Shown here: one piece after another, positions 10,485 to 22,334 of the stretch
Layout of the letters: each line of letters opens with the position of its first letter
How positions within the stretch are numbered: position 1 is the first letter of the stretch
DNA from: Elsinoe ampelina
Lineage: Eukaryota
DNA: 64,000 nucleotides
Reading direction: 5' to 3'
Assembly: GCA_010093995.1 (NCBI GenBank)
Contig: ML992508.1
Span: 716,506 to 780,505 of the forward strand
Notes under the pieces: generated by a model
The model's input: only the letters and a program-made list of their open reading frames with translations
What the model was told of the DNA's origin: nothing
Databases searched by the model: none
Translations under genes and position numbers: made by a program

Positions 10485-11573
10485 TCACTCACTCGTATCA
10501 CTTCCCTCATCCTCTCCTACCTCCTCGCCCTCCCACAATGGCACCAGCCTGAAGTCCACAAACGCCACTTCATCCCTACCCCCTTCCTCCCCCATCTCGA
10601 TCAAGAATTGCAAACTCAACACCCCCTGCCCATCAATCCTCAAACTAACCTTACTCCCCGCCCTCATGGCATTCATCCCCTTCCTCACCGTCCCAAAAGC
10701 ATACCTCCCCCTCACCCTACCCTCACACAAGAACGTCTCCAGCAATTTACTCCTCTCCTTCACGCCAAACCCCCCACCCACCCCCGTCCCTTCATCCCCA
10801 AACTCAATCCTACACTCCCCGCCACTCCCCCCCTCCCCTCTCAGCACCAAATACGGCGCCGTCCCATCCCCCTCCACAACCAAGACATCCGGCGGTCCCA
10901 GCGCACCAATCTCCCCCACCGCATCCCCAAGGACACTCGCCGGGAGAATGACCTTGATGCGCAAATCCGTCCTGTCAAACGGAATCCCCTCCACCACCGC
11001 GCCTCGCCCTCCCCCCTGCCCCTGCCCCCCATCTCCCCCCTCACCCCCTGGCCCCATCCCAAAATCATCCACAAAAGTCGCCAACTCCGCCCCCGTCCTC
11101 ACGCCCCCCGTCTCCGGCACAGACAACTCCAACCCTGCCCCCTCGGCTCTGTACACGATCCTTACCGCCCCTTGCGTCCCCAGCACCGACGGCGAAAAGA
11201 CACTGTGGCGCGTGAGGCGGTGCGCGGCAAAGGACGAGGAGTAGGCGTCTGAGGTGGAAGGGGAGAGGCGGTAGGATGTGAAGAGGGTGGGGGGGAGGGA
11301 GATGGATGCTGGGGACGGGTCAGTTCTGGAGAGGACAGCGTGAGGTCGAGATTTGGATGAGGGAAAGGGAGGAGTGGCGAGGTGGCTGGGGTAGGGGGTG
11401 TTGGGAGCAGGCGTACCTTCGAGAACGCCGGGTTCGGTGACGAGGAAGCGGAGGCCTTCGGGGGTGATGCGGACTTGTACTTTGCTGCCGAATGAGATGG
11501 TCCGGAGGAGGAGATACAGCTGTCGAGCTGATGTCGCGACGGCGCTGAAGAGAGGGACACCAGAGTCGGCCAT
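10485..11573 (-). CDS. RAD1: 9-1-1 checkpoint clamp subunit, Rad1/Rec1/Rad17 family
   Basis: LFSAVATSARQLYLLLRTISF...VRITPEGLRF; SKVSLRIDGQGVLSLQFLIE; FVDFRLVPL. Intron 11309-11416 (108 nt, in frame). Confidence 0.88.
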   Translation of the reverse strand: MADSGVPLFSAVATSARQLYLLLRTISFGSKVQVRITPEGLRFLVTEPGVLEGTPAPNTPYPSHLATPPFPSSKSRPHAVLSRTDPSPASISLPPTLFTSYRLSPSTSDAYSSSFAAHRLTRHSVFSPSVLGTQGAVRIVYRAEGAGLELSVPETGGVRTGAELATFVDDFGMGPGGEGGDGGQGQGGGRGAVVEGIPFDRTDLRIKVILPASVLGDAVGEIGALGPPDVLVVEGDGTAPYLVLRGEGGSGGECRIEFGDEGTGVGGGFGVKERSKLLETFLCEGRVRGRYAFGTVRKGMNAMRAGSKVSLRIDGQGVLSLQFLIEMGEEGGRDEVAFVDFRLVPLWEGEEVGEDEGSDTSE

Positions 11574-11973
11574 TGTGGTTGCTGCTGTGTGTGAATGCTC
11601 AAGGAGGTGAGATGTGGCGAATAGGTGGGCGTCGATGATGATGGAGATGACGCAGGTTTGAGCCCATCATCTTCGGAGTGTCCCAGAAATCAGATCATAT
11701 CGACAAGACCAACGAAAAATTCTTAATGTCGTTGTCGTTGATGAGACTGGACGCCTTCTGTGGCTTTGGGTGAGCTCGAAGTCTACCGCCACAAATTTCA
11801 CACCTTCTTCCACATCTTTTGAGAGCACGCGAAAGTCCTTGGAAAGAATAACAATGTGTCATTTCTATGAAATGCTGTCTTCGCCAGCGAAACAAGAGTC
11901 CTCATCAAGCAGGTCAACTCTGGGTATCCCGAACATAACTCGTAAGCGACTTTCTCTCGCTGTCCATCATCAC

Positions 11974-13405
<1,432 letters not shown>

Positions 13406-14754
13406 GTTTGGCGATCTATGCTATGCAAGTATGTACAGGTCGTGTCGAGCGTTATGAAGTGCTGTGGCAATGTATCAGCCAAGGATATGGTTGTTGAAGC
13501 GATGCCGAGGAATGCTTGTATAACTCTGGGCCAGGAATGCTGGGACCGGTGGACGTCACTTTGATGTCGTAATAATCGTGGCAATGCTGGATTCTATGTG
13601 CGAAGAATGCTCGTTAAGGATACTAGACGTTGTTCTGTTGATGTAGGACCAGCCTCCGATGGCGGGTTGTTTGCCGAAGTCAATTGTCAATTTGCGCAAG
13701 TTTCTCGAGAGACTTCCTGTCGCGCTGGACGATGAAAGTCAGACAACAGCAAGTCGCAAAGTAAGGATGGCGACGCTGAAATGGCAGAGATGCCTGACTG
13801 ATGGTGTTGGAGGGAATGGAGTCAAAGATGATCAGCGGCCCGAGGTGGCTGAAAGAGGAGAGATATCAAGATCGTTCCAATCTCGGCGCCAGGGAATAGA
13901 AATACCAAGACCCCTTGCGATATGAAAAAGATGCAAGATTAGAGGTTGAACCAAATCATATGCTGTGGGGCTCATCTATTCAGGAACCTGTTGTTGCATG
14001 CGCTGACTTTCCAAGGTTGCTCAAGGCTCTGTTCACCTGCCGGCCGTGCATCTCCTGTCCAAAGTCAGGCGCCATGCTTTCCCGTCGCCCCAATCGGGCC
14101 ATGTGTGGTTCGTTGAGCATCGACGTAAGCAAGCACTTTGAAAGCGACAGTGACCGTATGGGCAAGACACGGAAAAAGGGGAGAAAGTGTACCTGATCGG
14201 CAAGCACATTTCCATGTTTCATAATCGACGCGAGTCATTTTACTTTCTCGTCTCATGCATCTGATTGGCTGGCAAAAGACTGGATCCTTTTTTAGAAAGC
14301 TTGAGTTCGAGGCGGCGGTCACAGAACGATTCTGGCGCCAGTTCTGCCAGCCACACAGACGCGTCGCCTCGAACCTCCTTCTCACATGTTGCCCCAAATT
14401 GCTGCTGATGCCCCACTGTTGAAGTCGGGTGAGTTCTATTCACTGCATACCAACACCTTGCTTGAACGCCTGATCGTCAACGTGCACGCCCTGGTAGACA
14501 CGACCGCAAGGCTGGACGACTTTGGATCATTGCTCAATGCGTCATGTTTGTCCCGTGATTGAATATGGTTGATTGTTTGATGACGACCACTATCTCCGAC
14601 CCCCTCGTATGGACAATAGCACATCATTTCAGTCACGTCTATGTGTGTATGCCCACTCTGACTGATGCTATGGTTTGCAATATGCTATTCTTATCTGCAT
14701 TAGCGCCTTCATCTGCTTTTCATAACGCCATCGTGAACGCTGACAGTCCGTCCT

Positions 14755-15397
14755 CTAGTACAGCTTATCCGAGCCCACTGACGGACCACCGTGAGCAGTC
14801 TCACTAGGCTTGTCCTCAGCCGGAGCACCACCCATCATACCCCTACCACCATCCTTGACTTCCTCCTTGCCCAACCCTCGCTGAAATGCGAATTCCGGGT
14901 CATGAGAGTCAACATTCCCTCTCTGGGGGACTCCGCTGGCACCGACACCCTCGAGACTGCCGCGCTCTGCCTTCCTGTGGGTCTTGCCATCATGATGAAG
15001 CTCGCTGCTGCTCTGGCCGACAGGAGGCTTGCCGAGACCGGTGTGGACGTCACCTGACGTCGCGCCGCCTAGAGTATCGCTCGCTGCTGTCGTTCCTGCG
15101 CCCTCTGTGGCACCAGTGGTAGGGACATCGCTGATGTTGTTGGGCTTGAAGGTCGAATCGGTTGGTGCTGAACCTGCAGGGAGGGTTTGAGCTTGGAACT
15201 CCTCGGCGGCGTCCTTCTCGCCTGCGATGCGCCCTGGCTGGTGCTGGAGAGGGTCAGTGGAAATGCCATCAGTGCTGTCTTCAGTAGCCACGTACTCCGT
15301 GTGTGGTCAGTGGCTCGTCACGAGGACGGCTGGAGTGGAATTGTCCGCTGGCGCCTTGGCTGTTGACAGCGGCGTCGGTGTTCCTGGTGGCAGACAT
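14755..15397 (-). CDS. Conserved fungal hydrophilic Gly-rich (hydrophilin-like) protein
   Basis: MSATRNTDAAVNSQG...PRDEPLTTHG | intron 15244-15295 | HQPG...EFQAQTLPAGSAP...GATSGDVHTGLGKP...ELHHDG. Confidence 0.75.
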
Positions 15398-15847
15398 GTT
15401 GAGTTGCGTTGAAGGTAAGATTAGAGCTTGGAGATCTGTAGAGGTCTTGAGTATGATTGAGAGGTATGAATTGCGCAAGGAGAAGTGTGTTTACAGATTC
15501 AAAAAATTCTGCTATATTCCACAGCTGCCTGCGGCTGACGTCAAAAGCTGTCATGATGAGGTATCGAAACACTGCAGCGCGAGAAATATGACCGCATCAG
15601 AAAGAAATAAAATCACATGCCAATCGTATGCTCATCTGAGATCGATGAGAGCGCCTCTCCTTGTGTCAGAATGCTCGATATGGCCCATATCGTAGCATCA
15701 TTGCATTAAAGTTTGAGGCTGAAGAAGAAATGGAGATCTACGAAAGCATGGATAAGATCTGTCCTAGAAGCTATATCTGGTCAACTGGAGCATAAAACCG
15801 GTTGCCCATATATCAACCTCTGCAGCCCCTCCCTCTGCTACTTTCCT

Positions 15848-16450
15848 CTATGCCTTGGTCCTCTTGACACGACCGAGGAACGATTTCAATATGCTCTGCT
15901 TCTCTGGCTTGGGCGGGTAGTCAACAATCTCTGGCGTGTCCTTGAAGTCCTTGATCCTCTCATCTGCATGCGTAAGAGCAAACGCCATCATCTCATCCAC
16001 GTCAAAGCTTTGATCCACTCTCCCGCCTTCTCGCAGGGCATCGATAGCACTTCTCGCCCAAGTCAAGCAATTCTCCTCCTGCTCCTTGCTGACTTTCGGC
16101 ACTGGAAGCCGTCTGAAGAAGCTGTCCAGGTCCTCAGATATCCAGACGTGAGTGGAGCTTGCACTCGGGATCCTGACGGCGCCGAGATATCGTACCACCT
16201 CAGTGAGCGTGTTGGTAGTCTGGTGGCGGTAGACCCAGTTGCGATCAGGGTTGATGTCCTCGCCGGCGTCGTTCAAGATGATGGCATCGGTCACATCGTA
16301 GCGATGGTACTGATGCTTGTCGCCGGTCTGAATGTGAACGGCGACAGACCAGTGAAATGCTGAAAGGCCCAGGCGTTGGCGTTCTGCGCCTACTGAGTGG
16401 CGATCACGATATTGCAACGTGACTAGGTACTCAGTCTTTAATTTGGCCAT
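15848..16450 (-). CDS. Hypothetical protein with HW...NCxxW motif (uncharacterised fungal family, possible papain-like fold)
   Basis: 200-aa intronless ORF: YLVTLQYRD...AFHWSVAV...RYDVTDA...LPVP...ENCLTWARSAI. Confidence 0.7.
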   Translation of the reverse strand: MAKLKTEYLVTLQYRDRHSVGAERQRLGLSAFHWSVAVHIQTGDKHQYHRYDVTDAIILNDAGEDINPDRNWVYRHQTTNTLTEVVRYLGAVRIPSASSTHVWISEDLDSFFRRLPVPKVSKEQEENCLTWARSAIDALREGGRVDQSFDVDEMMAFALTHADERIKDFKDTPEIVDYPPKPEKQSILKSFLGRVKRTKA

Positions 16451-16719
16451 TGTTGACTGCACAGGGCCGGGGCTGAATGATAGTGTTGTAAACAGTGTTC
16501 AGCTAAGCTGATATGCTCAGTCAACGATGGGCACAATGTTGTTGCAGTGTGTTGTTGATTTCAAACGACGCAGTTGCGAGCTTCATTATGATAATCGAGG
16601 GAAGTGTTCACACAAAGAAGTGCAAGTTGGAGGTTGCACAGAAGTTGAAGGTTCTCACGCTGCGCCGCATTCCTGCAGCTACCGGCGTCTAAATATCATT
16701 TCCATCACATCACTTTACC

Positions 16720-18162
16720 TCAATACATGCTTCTCAATTTGCCGACATCTGTCAAATTCCCAATGTTCGTGAACGCTTCATAGGCTCTAGTAGCCCGATC
16801 CTCCCCGATAGCAATCGAGACCTGATCCATAAACTTCTTCTTCAAATCAGCTATGGTCAACGGATTCTCCACACTACCAATAGCATGCTCGATATGCTTG
16901 TCCAGCTTGCTGCCGTCGTTGAAAGTGACGGTAACATAAGCCTGTGCATTGTCCACCGTCTTGTCAGTAGTAACGTTGACCTTCTTCCTCATGTCGATGA
17001 CAGTCTGGTTCTTGACGACTTCGTCTGTGAATTGAGATGGAGTGGCTACGCCGTACAGTAGGCCGATTGCTGTGGCATGGAAGATGCTGAATTTGCCCTC
17101 GAGTCCGGTCTGGGGATCAGTCTGGCCGGTCAAGATCAGGACCTGTGGGTTCACTCGGAGATCGATGCTTTGTACGTCGTCGAAAGACTTGCCCTCCTCG
17201 AGAGTCTGGTTGTGTAGCTGAGTGGCGCCGTCGATCGATGGGTGCATGACGATACCGCATGGGAAGGGCTTGAAGGTGTTCTTCTCAATTTCCCATATCT
17301 CGCCGAGCTGGTCGAAGTAGGCCGTGGCATTCTCGCGGGTGCTCACGACGTGCAGCCAGCCGAACTTGGCTTCGAGGCCTTGGAGAGAGCTGGTGTAGCC
17401 ATTGCTGGCGAGTAGAGCACCAAGCATGCCACCTTGAGCTGCTCGACCGACGTGAAACGACTTGGTGTCAGAACCGAAATATTCCTGCATTCCTACCACC
17501 TGCGTAGCTGCTATACCTATGGCGTTTTGAGTGGTGACAGTGTCGGAGCCGAGCAGCTTGCTGACAGCCACCGCAGCGCCGATGGAGCCAGTCGTGCTTG
17601 TGATGTGCCATCCGACATCATAGTGCTCAGGATAGACTGAGAGACCGAGCTTGCATTCTGCTTCTACGCCGGCCACGAATGCTGTGATGAAGTCCCGCCC
17701 AGAGACAGGAGCTTTCCACTCTGCTACGGCCAGGAGTGCGCTCGCGACCGGTCCAGCTGGGTGAATGATTGTCTCGAGATGCGTGTCATCATAGTCGTCG
17801 ACGTGAGATGCGATACCGTTGATGAAAGCTGCGACTTGGGCATCGGCAAAGCCATTGCTGATCGAGCTGTTCGCCCCGAGTATGCTGGATGTCGCCGGCC
17901 CACTGAACGCCGCGAGAGTTGTGTTCTGTGCTATTTGTGGGGCATCTTGTATATAGCCACCAATGGCACAACCACCCCAATTGTAGAGACTCTTGACTGC
18001 AGAGTCAATGACACCAGTGGTCAAGTTCGCATAGGTCAGATTGGTCGCCCAAGAAGCGAGCTGTAAAGTTGCCATGTTGTGATGAGTCCGTCTTGCATTA
18101 TACAGAGGCAACCTACCTATTTGAACAAGTCTCTGGCCGAAGCCGCTCAGTTTAATAGCCAT
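16720..18162 (-). CDS. MmgE/PrpD family protein (2-methylcitrate dehydratase / cis-aconitate decarboxylase-like); alternative ATG at 18075
   Basis: NGIASHVDDYDDTH...IHPAGPV, GWHITSTTG, DTKSFHVGRAAQ, FKPFPCG, GKFS. TATAAAT at about 18298-18304 argues against the 18408 start. Confidence 0.9.
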   Translation of the reverse strand: MAIKLSGFGQRLVQIGRLPLYNARRTHHNMATLQLASWATNLTYANLTTGVIDSAVKSLYNWGGCAIGGYIQDAPQIAQNTTLAAFSGPATSSILGANSSISNGFADAQVAAFINGIASHVDDYDDTHLETIIHPAGPVASALLAVAEWKAPVSGRDFITAFVAGVEAECKLGLSVYPEHYDVGWHITSTTGSIGAAVAVSKLLGSDTVTTQNAIGIAATQVVGMQEYFGSDTKSFHVGRAAQGGMLGALLASNGYTSSLQGLEAKFGWLHVVSTRENATAYFDQLGEIWEIEKNTFKPFPCGIVMHPSIDGATQLHNQTLEEGKSFDDVQSIDLRVNPQVLILTGQTDPQTGLEGKFSIFHATAIGLLYGVATPSQFTDEVVKNQTVIDMRKKVNVTTDKTVDNAQAYVTVTFNDGSKLDKHIEHAIGSVENPLTIADLKKKFMDQVSIAIGEDRATRAYEAFTNIGNLTDVGKLRSMY

Positions 18163-18826
18163 GACGTAAAATACGCCCGCTGTGCGGATTGGACGGCACG
18201 ATGTCGTTGCCGTGTGTATCAGCGATACCTCGTCAATCGCAACAGCAAGATAATCAAAGGAGGGGAAGATACTTGGGGTGCAATGCGGGGTGAGGGCATT
18301 TATAGGAAGTGATCGCTGGTCTAGATTTACGCGAAGCACCCGGGATGATGCTTGGGCATTTCTTGAGAGAGTCAAGCCGAGTTGATATCTTGGCTTACAT
18401 GACGGCATGGTGGCCTTAGCCTGGTTGGTATTCCATTGGCATTTTTCCGCATGTGCTGCTGAACCTCGTCCATGTCGTTAATGGAGAAATCTTCGTTCAT
18501 GTGATCCTTCGCGAACAACGCGATGCGGAGGTCGAAGCGAGTTCAGAGTCACGGGATCATTCGCAATTTTGACTGCCAATGGCGAAGTTCTCGAGGCTGT
18601 CCGTGAAAGATTCATCTCCAAGTGATTTGGCCGGCAAATTGTGCCATGGTCTGAAGCAACTCTGGTAGCTGGCACCTCCGATATCGCTCCTCCTCGGTCA
18701 CTTTTGAAGTTGCCGCTTATTATTATCACCCAATCAGATGTTGCATTGAGAAACATATCTTTCATCGCTCTGCATACCTTACGGTCACTCTTCCCACGAC
18801 TCTCTGCCGTCTGTCATGTGCTTCGA

Positions 18827-19684
18827 TCAACCACCCAATTCTGCGAGGCTACGCTTGAAGAACCCACACACCTCTCGACTACAATCAATGTGGACCATCC
18901 TCTCAACCTCCTCAAACATCACCCGCCGAGGACCATATGTGATGTCCTCGATCAGCAGATGGATGTACTGCATCATCGTCTTGCCTTCCGAGATGGCTTT
19001 GGCACCCCCGCCATAATTCTCCCAATAGCTAGTCTGCAGATCTTCGCAAAAGTAGATGCCACCCGGCTTCACGGCTTTCCACAGATGCTGCAGACTGGTC
19101 TTCTGCTGCTCCATTGTATGACCACCGTCGTCGACAATGATGTCAAAATCTTTGCCATGCTCCGCCATGAATTTCTCCAGGAACACCGGATCTCCTTGGT
19201 CGCCAGTTATGATGGTGGCACCCGTTGTCTTGTCAGCCCACTGCTCTGCGCATTTGGCGTCGTATTCCATGAAGTACAGATCGACGTATGGGAAGTACTC
19301 GAGCCAGGTATAGTAACTTGCGCCTGGACCATAGCTCATGTCGCAGCCCAGGCCAATTTCCAGCATTTTGAACTTCTTGTACCTCCAGGCTGGTAGGTGA
19401 TTTTCGTACATGTCTTGATAGCTGTGGTCGGTAACCTTGTCGGTACCGTGCTTGAGGGCTATCTCGTAGAAGGTAGGAGCAGTGCTCATGACAGGAGCAA
19501 GCTTGGAGACCTGATGGGATCCAGGTTGTGAATCAGCATTGTCGGCAGGCTTGAAAGGCCAATACTTCTTGGTGGCTTCTGGCAAATGGTCACGAGATTG
19601 GTGAATCATCCCAATGATGAAGACTATGGTGGCCGCAATACCAACATATAGTGGCCAACGGCCCTTGGTGCTGATTGCTGTCAT
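18827..19684 (-). CDS. Type II membrane SAM-dependent O-methyltransferase, MycE-like catalytic domain (CHIP5-like)
   Basis: Short basic N-terminus, TM helix WPLYVGIAATIVFIIGMI and stem; HGTDKV..HSY, MLEIGLG, TGDQGD..FL, FDIIVDDGGH, VKPGGIYFCEDLQTSYW. Confidence 0.85.
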   Translation of the reverse strand: MTAISTKGRWPLYVGIAATIVFIIGMIHQSRDHLPEATKKYWPFKPADNADSQPGSHQVSKLAPVMSTAPTFYEIALKHGTDKVTDHSYQDMYENHLPAWRYKKFKMLEIGLGCDMSYGPGASYYTWLEYFPYVDLYFMEYDAKCAEQWADKTTGATIITGDQGDPVFLEKFMAEHGKDFDIIVDDGGHTMEQQKTSLQHLWKAVKPGGIYFCEDLQTSYWENYGGGAKAISEGKTMMQYIHLLIEDITYGPRRVMFEEVERMVHIDCSREVCGFFKRSLAELGG

Positions 19685-20008
19685 AGTAGAGTGCACTTGA
19701 AGGATGGAAGGCTAGCTGAAACGTTGGCAGTAGATTCACCTAAGAAAATCATAGCGTTATGAAGGAACCCAAGTAGCTGATCCCTCTGCATACCATACGA
19801 AGATGATCTCCAAGTCCTTGCTTGACGTGGAATGTGAATCCGGCTTCATATCTCAGTCCAGCCAAAGCTGACGCTGCAAAGGGGCTAGCCAGCCTGATCT
19901 GCCCCGCCCAACATTCATTAACGACCCTTCCTCCTCCTGGTTTCAATAGGAGGGTCACCCCCTCGGAAACTTGATGAATCGTTTCCACTTTGATGATTTG
20001 CATTGAGC

Positions 20009-21467
20009 ATGGCGTTTTACGAGATAAATCTGGTCGTCCTGGTCCTTATCAACATCGCTCTTTACCTTCGGCAATGGAGGACCACTTCATCTCCGGACAC
20101 CGACCACGATGATGGAGGCGAACAACGCGCGGAAGACGCAAAATGGCAGGACAATGCCTCGAGGAAGTCATCCTTTGTTCGGACGTATCTATCAGCATAT
20201 CTGCTTGCGACAGCAGGAGATTGGCTTCAAGTGCGTGATCATGTTATCGCTGTCCATTCGCAAGGCTGTCGCTGACCATCGCAGGGACCGCACATCTACG
20301 CAATATACCGCTACGAAAAGGCGCTTCCAGAGACTACCACTGCCGCTCTCTATGCTACAGGCTTCATCTCTGGCGCCGTCGCCGCGACTTTCGTTGGACA
20401 ACTCGCTGACAAGTATGGCCGGAAGACTACATGTCTCATCTACTGCGCTTCCTACATTGCCTGCTGTCTTGCTATGCTGTCTGATACACTGCCGATACTC
20501 TACCTAGGCCGCATCTGTGGAGGTGTATCGACCACTATTCTGTACTCCGCCTTCGAGACGTGGATGATCACCGAATTCCATAACCAAGGTCTCGCAACTA
20601 CTGGTCTCTCCACAGCTACCATCTTTGGCAGGCAAACGACTTTCAACTCTGTTGTAGCCATCTTCACAGGCATAGCAGGCGAAGCTCTCGTAAGCGCTAC
20701 TGGAACCCGGAAAGCACCATTCCTCCTCGCAGTCGCTGTCTTCGTCTTGGCCGGGCTTTGGATCGCTACAACCTGGTCCGAGAACTACGGCAACGCAGAA
20801 GATGGACGGCCTCGCTCTTCTCTGAGCGAGATTGGGTCCGCAGCCAAAGACATGTGGCGAGACAAGCGTGTCTTTGCACTCACAATCGCTTCATCCGTCT
20901 TCGAAAGCATGATGTACCTCTTCGTCTTCTTCTGGTCAGCGGCGATCAAGTCCGCTCGTTCCATCGCCGGGGTCAAAGACGACCCACCCTTCGGCCTGAT
21001 CTTCAGCTGTTTCATGTGCGCCATGATGGCTGGGAGCCTGCTATTCACAATGTTCAGCGCCAGGCATGATGTGTTTAGCACGAGCTACGTGCTGAAGATT
21101 GCCATGACATTTGCGAGTCTGGCGTTAATGAGTACCATCGTCAACTACAGGGAAGATTTGGTCTTCTGGGCGTTCTGCATCGTGGAGATGTGTGTTGGGC
21201 TTTACTTTCCTAGCATGAATTTCTTGAAGGGGGCGATCGTCGAAGACGGGAGGAGGGGGAAGATTTACAGTCTCATGAGGCTGCCTCTGAATGCGTTTGT
21301 GGTGATCGCCCACAGTCTAGCGGAGGAGGGTGAGTCGTTCCTATCCACGTCCTGGATGTCCCGCGTGCTGACATGCTATAGGCGATCATCATCGGAACAA
21401 CGTCTTCTTGAACTTTGGCGGAGGACTGCTCGTTGCATTCATAGTCGTGCAGAGATTCATCGAGTAA
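20009..21467 (+). CDS. MFS transporter, MFSD5/MFS_5 (DUF791, annotated as molybdate-anion transporter) family, 3 exons
   Basis: YLLATAGDWLQ|GPHIYAIY, GQLADKYGRK, GRICGGVSTTILYSAFETWM, FESMMYLFVFFW, PPFGLIFSCFM, YSLMRLPLN. Introns 20231-20284 and 21330-21381. Confidence 0.9.
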
Positions 21468-21677
21468 ATTTAGACCTCATAGAATACAAGATACCCTTTC
21501 TGCGTCTACAACGAGCCGTCAATGTCGTTGCCGGGTATCATTACATCTTCTGTCTGTCGCCGTGCCCTTGGTCATCCATCGCGACTTGCTTCGCGGTAGC
21601 TCCGGGTCTTCAGCCTGGTCGGACCTTTTGAAAGCCATGTATTGCTGCCAAATTGCGCCTCCGTATATCACTTGATA

Positions 21678-22014
21678 TCATACGTAGACGCCCACTGCGC
21701 AGATCATGTATACCGCTCCGAATCCGAAAGCTAGCGATGCTGGAATGCCAACAACGGGAACATTGGTGAGAGACGGGTCTAGGAAAGTCAGGTATGGTCT
21801 CTCGACTCTCGAACATGGTTGTACTGAGACTGAAATATCCGGCCAGAATGATAGCTATAGCCATGTCAGAGAGTGCTCGCGAGGATTCCAAGGAGTCCAT
21901 ACCGAAGGACAGGAGCGAGAACCCAACGAGGAAATGGCTGCCTTTGCCTATCGCTGGCTCATAAGGCGAGTTGATGGCAGTGTTCCAGACATCCAGGAGA
22001 GGCTGTGACGCCAT
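21678..22014 (-). CDS. OST5: Oligosaccharyltransferase subunit OST5/TMEM258, 3 exons
   Basis: Spliced product ends ...PVVGIPASLAFGFGAVYMICAVGVYV*; N-terminus has SPYEPAIGKG. Confidence 0.85.
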
Positions 22015-22334
22015 TTTGAAATTGTCAATGGTTCGTATATTCAGCTGCGCGACCTGTGCTGGGACTGGTGAAGTTGACAGCTTGGAGTGTAGGAGCTCGG
22101 AATGAATTTATGGTCAACCGTAGTCGCCGGCCGAAGATCGGTGAAAGCACGTGGAGACCCCAGACCTTCAAGGGTCGATCTGGTTGCCATCTTCAAACCT
22201 CCTTCACCACACGACGAAGCCCACCTCGACTCGGCTTGAGCAAGCTGTCCATACGTAGTTGAAGAGCTCATGTCATTGTGATTTGAGAACTTAGTCACAA
22301 CACCTCAACCAGCGCTGAGGGCGCAGACCCGACC

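Noticed and set aside
18163..18408. Extended N-terminus of the MmgE/PrpD ORF, and similar ORF-track extensions of MRPS9, TDG and UTP10
   Set aside because: Overlaps the TATA/promoter region, non-coding composition, better downstream ATGs
15848..21467. Secondary-metabolite (itaconate-like) gene cluster
   Set aside because: No backbone synthase, transcription factor or mitochondrial carrier; methyltransferase topology points to the secretory pathway
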